From the human T2T-CHM13v2.0 reference genome, Homo sapiens, in assembly GCF_009914755.1 (NCBI RefSeq), contig NC_060933.1: DNA of 64,000 nucleotides; one strand, given 5' to 3'. Within the stretch, counting starts at the first letter, position 1. Each line of letters opens with the position of its first letter. The notes beneath the pieces are model-generated. The model had not been told where the DNA came from. It worked only from the letters and a program-made list of their open reading frames with translations, and did not search any database. Of this stretch, positions 1 through 16,083 are shown in pieces. Position numbers and translations under genes: made by a program.

Positions 1-1738
1 TGAATGAATGTCAGCCAGATTACTGACACTACCTAACTTCTGGACTACTATAAAGCTACAGTTATCAAGACAGTGTGATACTGGCAAAAGACTAGATGAA
101 CAGAACCCAATAGAGAGCTCAGAAATAGACCCATATACATATATAGTCAGTTGATCTTTGACAAAGGAGAAAAAGCAGTACAATGGAGCAACAAATGGTG
201 CTGAACAACTGGACATCCTTTTGAACATCAGACCTTACATTCTTCATAAGATTTAACTCAAAATGGATCATAGAGTAAAACACAAAACTATAAAACTTTA
301 AAAAAAATGATATTGAAGAAAATCTAGGGTCCTTGGATATGGCCATAACTTTTTAGATACAACACCAAAGAAAGGCACAACCCATGAAAGAAATAATTGA
401 CGAGCTAAAAGCTTCTTCTCATTGAATAACAATGTCAAGAACATTAGAAGACAAATCACAAGTTGGGAAAAAAAATTGGAAAAGATATATTTGATAAAGG
501 ACTGTTATCTAAAATATACAAAGAATTCCTACGACTCAACAATAAGGAAATGAACAATCCAATTTAAAAAGTGAGCAAAAGATCTGACTAGACACCTCAC
601 CAAACAAGATACACAGATGGCAAGTGAGCAAATGATGTTTATTATGATATTCATCATATATCATTAGGCAATTGCAAGCTAGAACAATATGGAGATACCA
701 CTATACACTATTAAAATGACCAAAATTCAGAACATTGACAACGCCAAAGCTGTCGAGGATGTGCAGCAACAGGAACTCTCATTCATTGCTGGTGGGAATG
801 CAAAATGGTACTTTGGAAGACAGTTTGGCAGTCTCTCACAAAACCAAACATACTCTTACCATGTGATTTTGAAACCATACTCCTCAGTATTTACCCAAGT
901 GAATTGAAAACTTATGTCCACACAAAAACCTGTACGTGGATGTTTATGGCAGCTTTATTCATAATTGCCAAAACTTGGAAGCAACGAGGATGTCCTTCAG
1001 TAGGTGAACGGCTAAATAAACTATAGTACATTCAGAAAATGGAATATTATTCAATGCTAAAGAAAAATGAGCTATCAAGCAATGAAAGACATGGAGGAAA
1101 CTTAAATGCATACCACTAAGTGAACTAAGCCAATCTGAAAAGTCTATAAACTGTATATAACTATGTGACATCTCAGAAAAAGAAAAACTATGGAGACAAT
1201 AAAAAGATCAATGGTTGCTAAGGGTTGAGGGGATGGAGGGATGAATAGGTAGAGCACAGAGGAATTTTAGGGTAGTAAAACTATTCTATATACTACAATG
1301 GTGGATATATGTTGCTATACGTTTGTTAAAACCCAGAAAATGTTCCAGCATGGGCAACATAGCAAGGCCTCATCTCTACAATTTTTCTTTTTAATTAGCT
1401 GGTCGTGGTGGTGCAAGCCTGTAGTCCCAGCTACTCAGAAAGATGAGGTGGGAGGATTGCTTGAGTCCAGGAGGTCAAGGTTGCAGTGAGCTATGACCAT
1501 GCCACTGCACTCTACACCAAGAATGAATCTTAAAGTAAACTATGGACTTTGGGTCATAATGATACCCTGGTGCTAATTCATGGACTGTAACAAATCCCCC
1601 ACTCTGCTCCAGATGTCAATAACAGGAGAGACTATGCACATGTAGTGACAGGAGGTATATGGGAACACTGTACTTCTGCTCAATTTTGCTGTGAACCTAA
1701 AACTACCCTAAAAAATTAAGCTTATTAATTTAAAAAAA
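1..1738 (+). mobile_element. Old L1 (L1MB/L1MC-type) ORF2 C-terminus and 3' UTR, interrupted by an Alu fragment
   Basis: ORF2-like peptides (YPSELKTYVHTKTCTWMFMAALFIIAKTWKQ), L1M 3' end motif gtgaacctaaaact...aaaaatt and an A-rich end near 1735; many stops and frameshifts. Confidence 0.9.
1345..1514 (+). mobile_element. Alu fragment (FRAM/AluJ-like) nested in L1
   Basis: ccagcatgggcaacatagcaag...gcctgtagtcccagctactc...ggttgcagtgagctatg. Confidence 0.85.
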
Positions 1739-1744
1739 CGTACT

Positions 1745-2140
1745 TAACAGGAAGGTCAATCGCAGCAACTCCACAGTCCATAGTGTCATCAATTATCCCA
1801 AGTTACTTCTTTCTTTCTGCTCTGCCAGTCTCAGTGTGTGGCCCTCACACTCATGGTCTCTTTATGGCCTCAAGATGGGAATTTTACTTCCATCCCCATC
1901 TCAACCCTCCAATCAAGAAGAAGAACAAGGAAGTGACAAGAGGAAAGGCAGGCACCACTATTAGGAAAGGAAAACTTTTCCAGAAATCACTGCAGGCTTT
2001 TGCTTTCTATCAGAACTGTGTCATGTAACCAATTCTGGCTGCAAAAAAAATGCTACTTTTTTAGCTGGGCACATTAGGGTTTTCTTAGTTAGAAATATGG
2101 GAGAAAATAGATCATGTAGACAAGCAGCAGTATCTACCAC
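1745..2140. mobile_element. Ancient MaLR LTR fragment (MLT1J/K-like)
   Basis: Motifs ctcatggtc...caagatgg and ttccagaaat...cagaactgtgtcatg resemble old MLT1 LTRs; highly diverged. Confidence 0.5.
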
Positions 2141-2304
2141 ATAAAGATTAAATAGATGTGAATTATTTTTATTTACAAACAAAACTAAGAGATCAGATAT
2201 ACATACCTAAAAATATATGTGTGTATATGTATATATTTAGTCCTGAAGCTCCCTAGTTCAATGTTCCCATGCAGTCTTTGTTTGGGATGCCTGTAAAATC
2301 ACTA

Positions 2305-2510
2305 GCAATAATAATAACTACTAAGTATGCCCAGGCCCTAAAATATGTGTATATATTATTAAGTTTAATCCTTACAATATTCCTATAGGCAGTTAGTATT
2401 ATTATACCCATTATACTGATGTGGAAACTTAAGTTTCAAAGAAATAATAACTTGCCCAAACTTATATAGGTAGTAAGTGGAATAGTTAGCATTTGGATTA
2501 AAGTCTGACT
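2305..2510 (-). mobile_element. MIR SINE
   Basis: Reverse complement of the MIR core: tttaatccttacaat...cccattatactgatgtggaaactt...aacttgcccaa...agtaagtgg. Confidence 0.85.
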
Positions 2511-3604
2511 CACTTAAAAAACACTTCTCCTAAAATTTTTCCAGGACCACCTTTTTCCTTCCAAGAAGAACACATTTACCACTCGTTAACAAAGTAAGCC
2601 TGACCATCCTTGCTCGCTTAGCAGTTTTTTGCCCAAATATTTCTCTCTCAGACAGAATACATTTCTCATTAAAATATGGTCCATAGTCTGAACAAGTTTC
2701 TTGAGTGGTTTTTAAAAAATATTTCTCTTTCATATCCCCAAAATAAGGTCTTTTAGGCATAGAAACAGCTAGTTTCCTTTTAGTTCTCACCCTTAACCAA
2801 TGGTCACATTGTTCCTATTAGAGACACTGCAGTTCTCAGGGATGCATTTTAGTAGTATCTTTGTAGAAAAAGTATAGGTATTTTTTTTCAACACTTAGAC
2901 CTTAGAAGAATGTGAGGAAAGGGCAGGTGGGAGGATAGAGTCCCTGCAGTTTATTATTTGAGAAGACAAATTGCTTTTTCATAGAGGATGAACGATGATC
3001 AGAAAACAGCAGTCACTGCTAAAGATACAGCATTGTTAGGATGGTTTAAAAGGAACTGGTGTGTCAATGGAAGAGCAAAGTCCAGGAAGACCCAGGGGGA
3101 GATAGTGGGCCACAGCCTGCCAACCTGTGCTATGACTATTTCCTTGCTGTGAAAGCAACAACAAAGCCCTGAGTTGCTCAGATAGATCATAGAAAACTGA
3201 GAAGTGCACACACTGGACTCTCAACGGTTAAGTAATGCTTGAAAAAGGAAAAAGAGCTAGAGTTCCAACCTGTTTTTCCTTCCGCATGGCCAGTTTTCCC
3301 TAAAGCATCCTTATAAAGGATGGTGTATACTTACAGTCAGGAAATGAGGCAACCAGGCCCAGTAACATAGTTCTAATGGGAAGCTCATTAAAATAGAAGG
3401 ATAGTACTTTTTTGCACCATGTCTCCCATAGAACAGAATTAAAATGATGGGTTGTTTTCCAACAGAGACTCAGTTAATAACTGTGGATTACCTTCCTAAA
3501 ATAGAGGGTCTTATTGAATATTGCAAGTAGCTAACAAAAGACCAGACTGAGAACCATCTGCAGTGATGTCTTTATAGACATTTCTCATCAGAGTACATGG
3601 AAGT

Positions 3605-4084
3605 TGTGGTAGATACTACATATTGATTCACTCAGCACACACTCAGACCCTCTCTAATGTGTGCTCTCATGTACTAAAAAGCTAGTATTTGCATCCTTCA
3701 GATCCTCTTGTAGACATACCTGTGAGAGACCTATATTGCATAACACAATGGGAGGTGGCAGCTATCTGGGGAGATCAGATCTTCTGACAAGAAGAGGCAT
3801 TTGGATCTCCTGTGGGGCATCTGTGGCTGAGGTTCTACTCTCACGCCACTAATGTCATGTATGCCATGCAACAGGCAACAGCAATGGGAAAGTTTCCATT
3901 AAAACAATTTAGAGTTTAGAGTGTCTCTACACTATGTTGTTCCTGATTGTATAGTATCCAAATTTAGCTTGTTGGTCCTCTTAGAAATTTATCATACCAC
4001 TCAATGCTCCAAAATTAACCACTTTATGATTAAACTAGCTAGAATAGATTCCGTCATCTGCAGTTACTAATCCTGGCCCATATA
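3605..4084 (+). mobile_element. 5' LTR of ancient ERVL provirus (LTR33/LTR41/LTR16-like)
   Basis: TG start (tgtggtagatac...attcactcag) and typical end ttaaactagctagaatagattc...; followed by PBS-like gaaatttgtaccagaa; resembles the start of the LTR at 13646. Confidence 0.65.
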
Positions 4085-4153
4085 GAAATTTGTACCAGAA
4101 ATGTTTGCAAAAAAATGGATCCTTTAAGGAAATGAGAATTTAATGCTGGTTAT

Positions 4154-4529
4154 TGTATTTATCAGGCTGCCATAACAAAATGCCATAGGCCGAGTGCTTA
4201 AACAACAGAATTTTTCTTTCTCACAGTTCCGGAAGCTGGAAAGTCCAAAATGAAGGTGCCAGCCAATTTGGTAACTTGTGATGGCTCTTTTTCTTCCGGT
4301 TTGTAGATCTCAGGTTTCTTACTGAGTCTTCCCATGGGAAAGAGAGGAAGTTCTCATGTCTCTTCATCTTTTCATAAAGACACAAATCTCATCATGGAGG
4401 CCCCACTCTCGTGACCTCATTTAAACCTAACTAATTATCACCCAAAAACTTTACCTCCAAATACCATCACATTAGGAATTAGGGCTTCAGCATGTGAATT
4501 TAGGGGGAGACAACATTCAGTTCATAACA
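4154..4529 (-). mobile_element. MaLR solo LTR (MLT1A/MLT1A0-like)
   Basis: TG...CA termini; perfect 5-bp TSD GTTAT at 4149-4153 and 4530-4534; ggctgccataacaaaa end motif. Confidence 0.85.
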
Positions 4530-5127
4530 GTTATATATTCTGGCTGGATGTGAAGACAGTCAGAGATGGCTAGCATTAGAGGTTGGGGCACAAATAGTAT
4601 AATGTATTTCGATGGAATTCAGTGTCAAACTGTCCCTATGGTCACCTTGAATGCAGGAGCCAGTAGAAGGCTTTGGTGGGCCAAGTTACTGCTGCAAAAA
4701 GCTATTTTGAAGAACATGGGGCATACAATGGTTATATGGAAAGTGGGCTAGTGATTTCTAACTGTGGTGGAGTACTTTAATAAAGAAAATGACAAACTCA
4801 AGGTTTTAAATCCTTAGCCAAAGGCACAGTCGGAGAACCATGACTTCCCTAATGTGGACATGATCACTTGTAGCTGCGGCAGATGTAACCAAACAGAACT
4901 TGCAAGGTCTGATCCTATGGGTTGCTAAATTACAATATAAGTTGAATTCCAACCTCACCCAAGAGTCTTATATGAGAGTTAGGGCACTAATTTGGAAAGT
5001 GGGACCTCAAGAATGGAAATAGAGAAATCTGTGGAATTTGGACAACTTCAAGTTATCCATTCTCTCAAATACCACTGACCCTTCCTTTTAGCAAAGGTAG
5101 CATTTGCCACCCTCTTTCTCTCTTTGT

Positions 5128-5257
5128 AAATTATTTTAAAATAGAGATGGAGTCTTACTTTGTTTCCCAGGCTGAGATTGAACTCCTGGGCTCAAGCAAT
5201 CCTCCTGCCTCAGCCTCCCAAAGTGCTGGGATTATAGTCATGAGCCACCACAGCCAG
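5128..5257 (-). mobile_element. Alu monomer (FLAM-like)
   Basis: gaactcctgggctcaagcaatcctcctgcctcagcctcccaaagtgctgggatt; single arm. Confidence 0.9.
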
Positions 5258-5330
5258 CTCACCTCCCTCTTTGATAAGACTTTTGCTGCCTCACTTGAAG
5301 ATTTTGTAATGTTTCTTTAAAAGGAGTTGC

Positions 5331-7241
<1,911 letters not shown>

Positions 7242-8443
7242 CAGTACCTCCAAATCTGTAACAAAAGTCAGATACCAGGATTTGTCAGGAGGTCTGTTAC
7301 AAACCCAGAAAAAAAAAGCCTTATGCACCAATAGAATTGTGAGATTTTATACATTTATACCGCCATAATCATCAGGGATATGTGCAGATATAGATTCTGA
7401 GGGTGATAAACAGAGTTGAGGGGGAAAAGTACTTTAAGTTCAGGCTGATATTTTCATATGGGTGCACTTAACAGATTCTAGATTCACTGAGTTTGTTAGA
7501 ATAATTGGCAATGGTTCTGATTCCTCAACTAATTGATAAAATTCAGCCTTAATGGGGCTAAAGTTGAGATCTCAGAAATCCTTGGCAAAATGTAGATGAA
7601 GGGAGCTAAAGATTGAGGATACAGGAATATTAAAATGGATGTATTAGGTGTGGCCCATTTAGCCACCAGGGAAGAAAATACCAGGATTTCTTAAAGTTGT
7701 TAGTGTCTGTCTTCTGTAGGCCAGAAATGAACATGGGAAAAGCTGCTGTTGAAATACATTATGTAATTTCAAGGAAAATAATGAGATCCTGGAGCCACAG
7801 TGGCCAACTGACATCGTGTAACTATAAGAAACAGTGAGAGTGGCTACTGTAATGGACAGCAAGCCTTAATGGTAATAAGAACGATTTGATCTGCAAGGGT
7901 CTCTGACAGTGACTTACAAATCTTGCAGTCCTTTAGATAATAGGATTGGCAGTGCACAATTTTTGATCAATTGATCAATTTTGATCAATTTTAATGTAAC
8001 AGAGAAAACCCTAGGTTTGGCAATGGAGCTTTATTATGGTCCATCAACCAATTCCATACTTGAATTGGTTCATGGCCCCAGGGATCTTTGAATCAGGAGG
8101 AAAATGGTACTGTTGAAGGACCCTCAAAGATGCCTTCACTGTGGCCATTTATCAGAGCAACTAGGCACTGAGGAAAGGAAAATCCTCAACCCTTTGGGGA
8201 TTGAATAATCCTAATGCTAATCTCTGGGAGTCTGGGACACCATTGTCATCTACTCGCCTTAGTGGGAGCTTATGTGGATCAGATGATAAGCTCATTTTTT
8301 ATTGAATCATATCACAGTTTCTTTAAATTCACTTTGTGGTCATTTCCATGATCCTTGAGTTTACAACTGAAATAAATACATCTGGAAACTGATCTAAACT
8401 GCACTCCAACTGACTTCCTTACCCATTGAGTAAAGACTTTCAA

Positions 8444-8572
8444 GGCCAGGAATGGCGATTCACACCTGTAGTACCAGCACTTTGGGAGACAGAGTTGGGA
8501 GGATCCCTTAGGTCAGGAATTCGAGATCAGGCTGGGAAACATAACAAGACAGCATCTTTACTAAAAATAAAA

Positions 8573-8609
<37 letters not shown>

Positions 8610-8770
8610 AGCCAGGCATGGTGGCATGGCCCTGTAGTCCAAGCTACTCAGGAGGCTGAGGCAGGAGGATCACTTGAGCTCAGGAGGTTGAGGCTGCAGT
8701 GAGCATGATTGAGCCACTACATCCTATCCTGAGTGATCCAGCAAGACTCTGTCTCAAAAAATAATGTTTA
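8444..8770 (+). mobile_element. AluJ with (TAAA)n expansion in the middle A-rich linker
   Basis: Dimeric Alu; TSD-like aaagactttcaa / aaatactttcaa. Confidence 0.92.
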
Positions 8771-9317
8771 AAAATACTTTCAACTTAATAAACTTAAAAA
8801 TGTCACATCTATAAGAGAATTGGTAAGCAAGATGGCAATACCATTATGTCTCCATTTAGCTTGCCTGTTTAACTCTTGTAGAAAACAGCTGTTTCCCGGT
8901 GAATAACAGATTGTAAACTTAATCTGATGTTAATTCCAATTGCTGCTGCTTTTTCCATTTTAGACTATTTACTGGAATAGTCACACAGCACTTAGCATAT
9001 AATAAATATGCAGTCTGGGAAACGCTTTTTCTCTTTTCCATTATGAAATTCCAGAAGCTGTTTTCTCCTAGTAGGGTTGGCAGATTCCCTATATCCTTTT
9101 GCCACAGGGCTCTATCTAATCTATGGTTTTTTGCCACAATTTACTCTGCAGAGACATGACTATTTCACTACTCCATAAGACATCATGCCAGTCCACTACT
9201 TGAATGAAATGATGGTGACAGGACCTTGTAAATGGAAAGGAGCAGGTACTTTAGGTATCGTGATAAGACACATGCATGCTGGAGTGTAGGAGATGAATTC
9301 CATGGATATTCAGAAGT

Positions 9318-9404
9318 TTCTGAAAATCTCACACACATACTTCTTCCTTGGCACTCTGTCATCAATCCAAGTTCATGACTATCCAGACCAATCATTAGCC
9401 ACTC
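9318..9404 (-). repeat. Inverted copy of 10231-10317 (87 bp, 80/87 identical)
   Basis: Manual ungapped alignment of the reverse complement gave 7 mismatches. Confidence 0.95.
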
Positions 9405-10850
9405 AGTGAAGTTTCTGGCAGGCTTGATGCTTTGGGACAATTGGTGGGTTAACATACACTACATGTTGGCTTGTTGCTTCCAATCACTCACTGAGTAGTT
9501 TGTAAGGCTGCCAGCTTTGAATAGGGGCCCAGAAGCATGAAAAGGCTCCCAGTTCTCTAGCTGCAGGGCAAACAATTCTGCCAATTGGCCTTTATAATCC
9601 AGCAAATTCAATGATGGTTAAGGTATCTGTCACAAATCAGATGTTATTTGATCATTGTGACAAGACTGGACAGGAGGATCACAGCAAAAGTCCCTTGGAA
9701 TTTAAAAAATAACCATTACCTCTTTAGCAAAACACGGCTCTAAAAAATAGTTTCCAACTTGCTCCTAAGCCCTGAAAAGATGGACAAAGGGACACAAAGT
9801 GACCATGAGATCTGAGATGCACGTGATAAACTGGGATTGAGCCACCAACCCATAAACTGCTGCCCAGAAGCACCTCATAACCAGTGAAGTTTTATATTTA
9901 ATACCAGGCTCAAGTAAGTCGTGAAAGCACAAATAGTTTGCATGAGCATGTACTGTTAGATACATACTCCTGGTAGGTCTACTTCTGCTGTACTGCCACA
10001 TGTATGACCTGATGGGAAGTTACCTTTCAGAAGTTGATTAAAGAAGGGGAAAAATATTTGGCTTACAGATGGTCTTGTTCAATATCTTGGCACAGGCCAT
10101 AAACAGACTACTGCCTAATGACAGCAAGAGACATGACAGCCTTAAGCAGGAGCGACCTTAATCGGGAGTGACCATAAAGGACAGCAGGAGAAATGGTGGC
10201 AGACTCAGATCTACAATTACTCCCAGAAGGGAGTGGCTAATGGTTGGTCTGGATAGTCATGGACTTGGATTTATGACAAAGTGCCAGGGATGAAATATGT
10301 GTGTGAGATTTTCAGAATTAATCAAGTATTAATATGTTTGTATACAAATGCTCATCCAATGTCCCCACTTCAGAGAGTTTATCAATAATCATGTTGAGAA
10401 GATGACTTTCTCTGTTTATGTCAATTGGTATCTTTATCCAGTTGCTTAAGGATTTCTCAATAGACTCATTTATTAAGTAATGATACTGGCAGGACTGAAA
10501 AAATGCACTGGCAGAATGGCACCAAAGCTTATCTAGCTAATACCACTGATGATTGCCCAAACTTCCAATCACAAAAACCACTGCTAGGGAATAGACATTT
10601 ATCCTGGATATGAATTGCCTTTCCTGCCAGCTTATGCCAACATCCCCATCCTTGGACTCTCCATTAAAGTAGACCATAAAATATTGCTTCTGACCAATGA
10701 CCTCATTTTTGTAGCAAAGAAACTAAAGCCAGTGTTACAAAAGACACTGATCTTAATGATGTTCTCCATCACTCAAAAGCAGTTGACTCTGTTGAATACT
10801 GGAATTGCCTACCAAAAACTCATAACCACAGCTAGGAGTTTGGATTGCTA

Positions 10851-11692
10851 CTGTTTTGTTTTTTTTTTTGAATGTCACTAGACAATTAAACTTTTATTGA
10901 AGCACAAATTGTGGTACAGAAATGCATTTCAACAGATTTAATGCCAACACCAGTGAAAGGAGAAATTACGGCATCAAAACTTTCCTACGTCTATCATACC
11001 ATGATTTAGATTATGATTCAATCTACATTTCTGTTTTCTAGGCTTTGTCCCACACAAATCTGTGCAGTTTTTCAATATTACAATTCTTAATTCTATTAGG
11101 AAAAAAAACAGATCTCAAGTCAACAAATCTATTGGGATATTGTTTATGAGCAAAGTCCACCTTGAGCATTGGTCTTCAAAACAGAGCACCTCAAAATATT
11201 AGGCGCTGTGCTCATTACAGAAGCAAACTGAGCACACAGACTGAAAAGTTCCTCAATGAAACTTTCAATCAACAACATGCTTCAAATAAAAGTCAAACAG
11301 CATTCCAACCACTTGATTTCAAACCAAGTAGATTTTAGGTTTAGAAACACTTTAAAAAGGTATTTCATTTATAAGTACGGAAGGAACAAAAACATCACCA
11401 CATCAATCCAGAAATTATCAAAATATTTAGAAGAAATACAAAATTTAGTCAACTTTGCTATTTTCTCAGTTCCTTAAAATCCCAGAATATCTGCAAATAT
11501 AGCTAAAAGATACCAACTCTTGAAAGCCTATATTTCTAGTCATTTCCCGTTGAGTATTTTGGAATTTTATGTTATGTTTTACTTAGTTACTTATGTATTC
11601 TGCTCCATGATGTTTATCTGAATAATTTGGACAATTCTCATTCGGGACCATCATTCATTTCATCCTATGAATGCCATGGTGAGGGAAACACC
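10851..11692 (-). pseudogene. Processed retrocopy of an mRNA 3' UTR (no coding part) inserted in ERVL
   Basis: T-run at ~10855-10869 (poly(A) on the minus strand); AATAAA on the minus strand (tttatt ~10893) about 25 nt from the tail; TSD TGGATTGCTA at 10841-10850 and 11693-11702; ERVL-like sequence resumes on both sides. Confidence 0.75.
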
Positions 11693-11770
11693 TGGATTGC
11701 TATTCTATAGTTAGTTCTAAACAATATATGCATGCTGTGTCTCCATAGCCAAAATATATGGGTCCATGAC

Positions 11771-12148
11771 TGGACTAGTTTGCTAGCGCTGTCATAAGTT
11801 CCACAGACTGAGTGGCTTAAACAATAGAAATCTATTTTCTCATAGTGTGGAGCTAGAAGTCCAAGATGGAGGTGTTGGCAGGGTTGGTTTCTTCTGAGGG
11901 CCATGAGGGAAGGAACTGTTTCAGGCGTCTCTCTTTGGTTTATAGAGTGACTTCCTTCTGTACCTGTCTGTGTCCAAATTTCCTCCTCTAACAAAGAGAG
12001 AATTAGATTAGGGCCCACCTTAATGACTTTATTTTAACCTGATTATCTCTGTAAAGGTCCTATTTCTAAATATAGTCACATTCTAGGGTTTTGGGGGTTA
12101 GGACTTCAACATACGAATGTGGAGAGGACCACAATCTAGCCCATAACA
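11771..12148 (-). mobile_element. MaLR solo LTR (MLT1B/C-like)
   Basis: ggcttaaacaatagaaatctattttctcatagt...ggttggtttcttctgagg...ggggttaggacttcaacat...cccataaca. Confidence 0.85.
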
Positions 12149-12778
12149 AAGATCAAGGGAGTGAAATTTGGAATAGCATTTCTCAATGTTACTACTCATA
12201 AACTCTTGACAAAATTTATGTTTTCCATTATTTGGGGCTCTGCTTGTTTAGAGGTCTTAGCATCTAAGGGAAGGACAACTTTAGCTGATGAAATAATAGT
12301 TTTATTGATCTAGAAGGTAAGAATGCCACCTGGCATTTTGAGCTCCTCAGTCTCCTAAATGTTTCCTGTAAAGGGCTGGGTAATACTTCATTGGTTAAGG
12401 TGACTGATCATAATAGAGGAAAGGAGCCCTGAGCTCCACAGTGTAAGCAGAAAAGCATATATCTGTATGCCAGTGATTGCTCTGGATCCTCTCCTAGTAC
12501 TGTTCAAAGGCAATAGTCAAGGAGCAACCTCAGCAGCTGTACAAGGGCAGGACCTCTGAAGTCACATCCATGGGAATAAAACTATGAGCTATCTCACCAG
12601 GGTCTTATACCCTAACTGGGGGTAAAGGGAGCACGGAATGAGGGGTGAGGACAGTGTAGAAATGATTAGTATAATATATACTCATATTTCTTCCTTGCTC
12701 AAAGATATTAACTCATCTTTTGTTAATTCCTTGTTCTCTATTATTTCACATATGGTGTGATAATGATGAAACAATCTA

Positions 12779-13240
<462 letters not shown>

Positions 13241-13242
13241 AA

Positions 13243-13478
13243 AGGAGTCAATGAACTTTTTCTGTAAAGGACCCAACAGTGAACATTTTAATTTTAGGCT
13301 TTTTTAGGCTTTGTGTGTCATAAGGAAACTGCAGCAATTACTCAGATCTGCCACTGGGGTACAAAAGCAGCCAAAGACAACATGTAAACAAATAAACAAT
13401 TTCAATATACATTTATTTTTCAAAAATGAGCAGTAGGCTGGATTTGGCCTAAAAGCTGTAATTTGCCAACTGCTAAAC
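13243..13478. mobile_element. MER58A hAT MITE
   Basis: aactttttctgtaaagg...aaaagcagccaaagacaa...ggctggatttggcc...tttgccaac; the Alu sits at its terminus. Confidence 0.8.
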
Positions 13479-13645
13479 TAGAGGATAAAGGTACATCCGG
13501 ATGTTTGCGGTGATTGGTGAGATTTTGATTCTCCCCTTTAGAAAGAAGGTGAAGGATAGTTGTTTTCATTTTTTCGAGAAAATGGGGGTGTTGATGTTTT
13601 GAAGTTTAATTATAGGTCTTTGTGGGCCCAGCAAAGGAGATGGAC

Positions 13646-14460
<815 letters not shown>

Positions 14461-15099
14461 AAACTCTGTTTTAATAATTTTGATTACCCAGCAACTAGTT
14501 TAATGCCTAGCACAGAGTCAACATATGTTAAATTGTAGTGAGTTGAAATTAGTGCCTTGCTATTATCCAAAATAGAAGAGATTGTTGCCTAAGATATATA
14601 TGGCTAGAGAATGCTGTAATGGTCATACCAATTGTCTTTTCCCCCTACCAACCAACTTCTGAAACCTTGGCAAGGGAAACTAACAACACAAAAACTTTTG
14701 AAATGAGGTTCAGAAGTGGAAGGCCCAGATTGCAATGGGGTGAAACTTCACTTTTCACAAAGTCAGATCTCCAAAAGCAATGCTGGATATCCACACAATG
14801 GCTGGTGTAGACATACATATGTATATAAATCTGAAATAATTCATTTGCATTCATCATTAATAATTAAATCATTTAGTCTACTTTCAATATCTCAATGGCA
14901 GAGCCTAGATATTGGAGGAGAGAACACTCATAGTCTAGCTATTGTGTACAATATGCTTTAAATACATTTTTCTTATTTGATTCACACAACACTCACAAAG
15001 TAGACATAGTTTAATCTTCACAGCCCCCATAAAATAAATATCATGAGAAACCAAACCAGGTAGGGTTGGTTGAGTAACTAGCAATAGACATTTATTGAA

Positions 15100-15495
15100 A
15101 TGCCACTCCTAGAATGCATCATTCTCCCCGTTGCCTCAGGCTTTGGACAGGTCTTTCCTCTGCCTAGAATATTCTGTGTGCTCTGTATCAGTGAATTACT
15201 ATTTATTCACCTTTCAGATCTTAGCCTACACAGTACTTACTCAGAAAAACCTTTCCTGACCCCAACCAGATCAAGTTCTTTTGTTACTCCCTATATGTTT
15301 TCTTCTCAGCACATATTACAGTTTTCAACTTGTTGTGTGGCCATCAGATTTTTCTGTGTCCTTTACTAACTTGTAGATTCACTGAGGCTTCATAGATCTA
15401 TCTCTTCATATCCCCAATGCCCAGCACAGAGCCTGGCACATAGTAGGCACTCAAGAAGTATTTCTTGAAAGAATAAATGCATGAATGAGTGAATA
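15100..15495 (+). mobile_element. L2 3' end
   Basis: cccagcacagagcctggcacatagtaggcactcaag...gaataaatgcatgaatgagtgaat. Confidence 0.85.
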
Positions 15496-15496
15496 C

Positions 15497-15690
15497 AATG
15501 TGCCAGGAGTTGCGCTAAGCACTTTGCCCTATCTCATTCAATCCTCACGGCAAACCCATGAGTTATATCCTAGTGTTATCCCTGTCTGGCAGATGAGAAA
15601 ACTGAGGAGCAGAAATATAGTAACTTACCAAGGCTCACATACCTTATGAGTGGCAGAGTGGAGATCCAAGTCTGGGATCCTTCCACTATG
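15497..15690 (-). mobile_element. MIR
   Basis: tctcattcaatcctcac...cagatgagaaaactgagg...agtaacttaccaagg. Confidence 0.85.
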
Positions 15691-15789
15691 TTGTATTACT
15701 ATAATATATTTCAATTTGTATTTTCAGGTAGATTCTTATTGCCCTTCATGTAAAAGTGAAGAATAAAATGAAGCACTACAAGAAAAGAT

Positions 15790-16083
15790 GGCCAGGCACA
15801 GTGGCTCACACCTGTAATCCCAACACTTTGGGAGGCCAAGGTGAGCGAGAAAGTTAGAGGACGATCGAGTTCTAGTTGACCCAGGAGTTCAAGACCAGCC
15901 TGGGCAACATGACGAAACCTCATACTACAAAAAATACAAAAATTAGCCAGGCTTGGTGGCATGCACCTGTAGTCCCAGCTGCTCAGGAGCCTGAGGCAGG
16001 AGGATTGCTTGAGCCTCAGTAAAAGAGTGATACCCTGTCTCAAAAGAAAAAGAAAAGAAAGAAAGGAAAAAGAAAAGAAAAGA
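15790..16083 (+). mobile_element. Alu (AluJ-like) with a non-Alu patch in the left arm and a deletion in the right arm
   Basis: Alu consensus except at 15844-15879, and missing part of the right arm after gcttgagcct. Confidence 0.9.

Noticed and set aside
15844-15882. Faint resemblance of the Alu patch to 18S rRNA (gaaagt..gagg..acgatc..tagtt)
   Set aside because: Needs several gaps over fewer than 40 nt; compatible with chance
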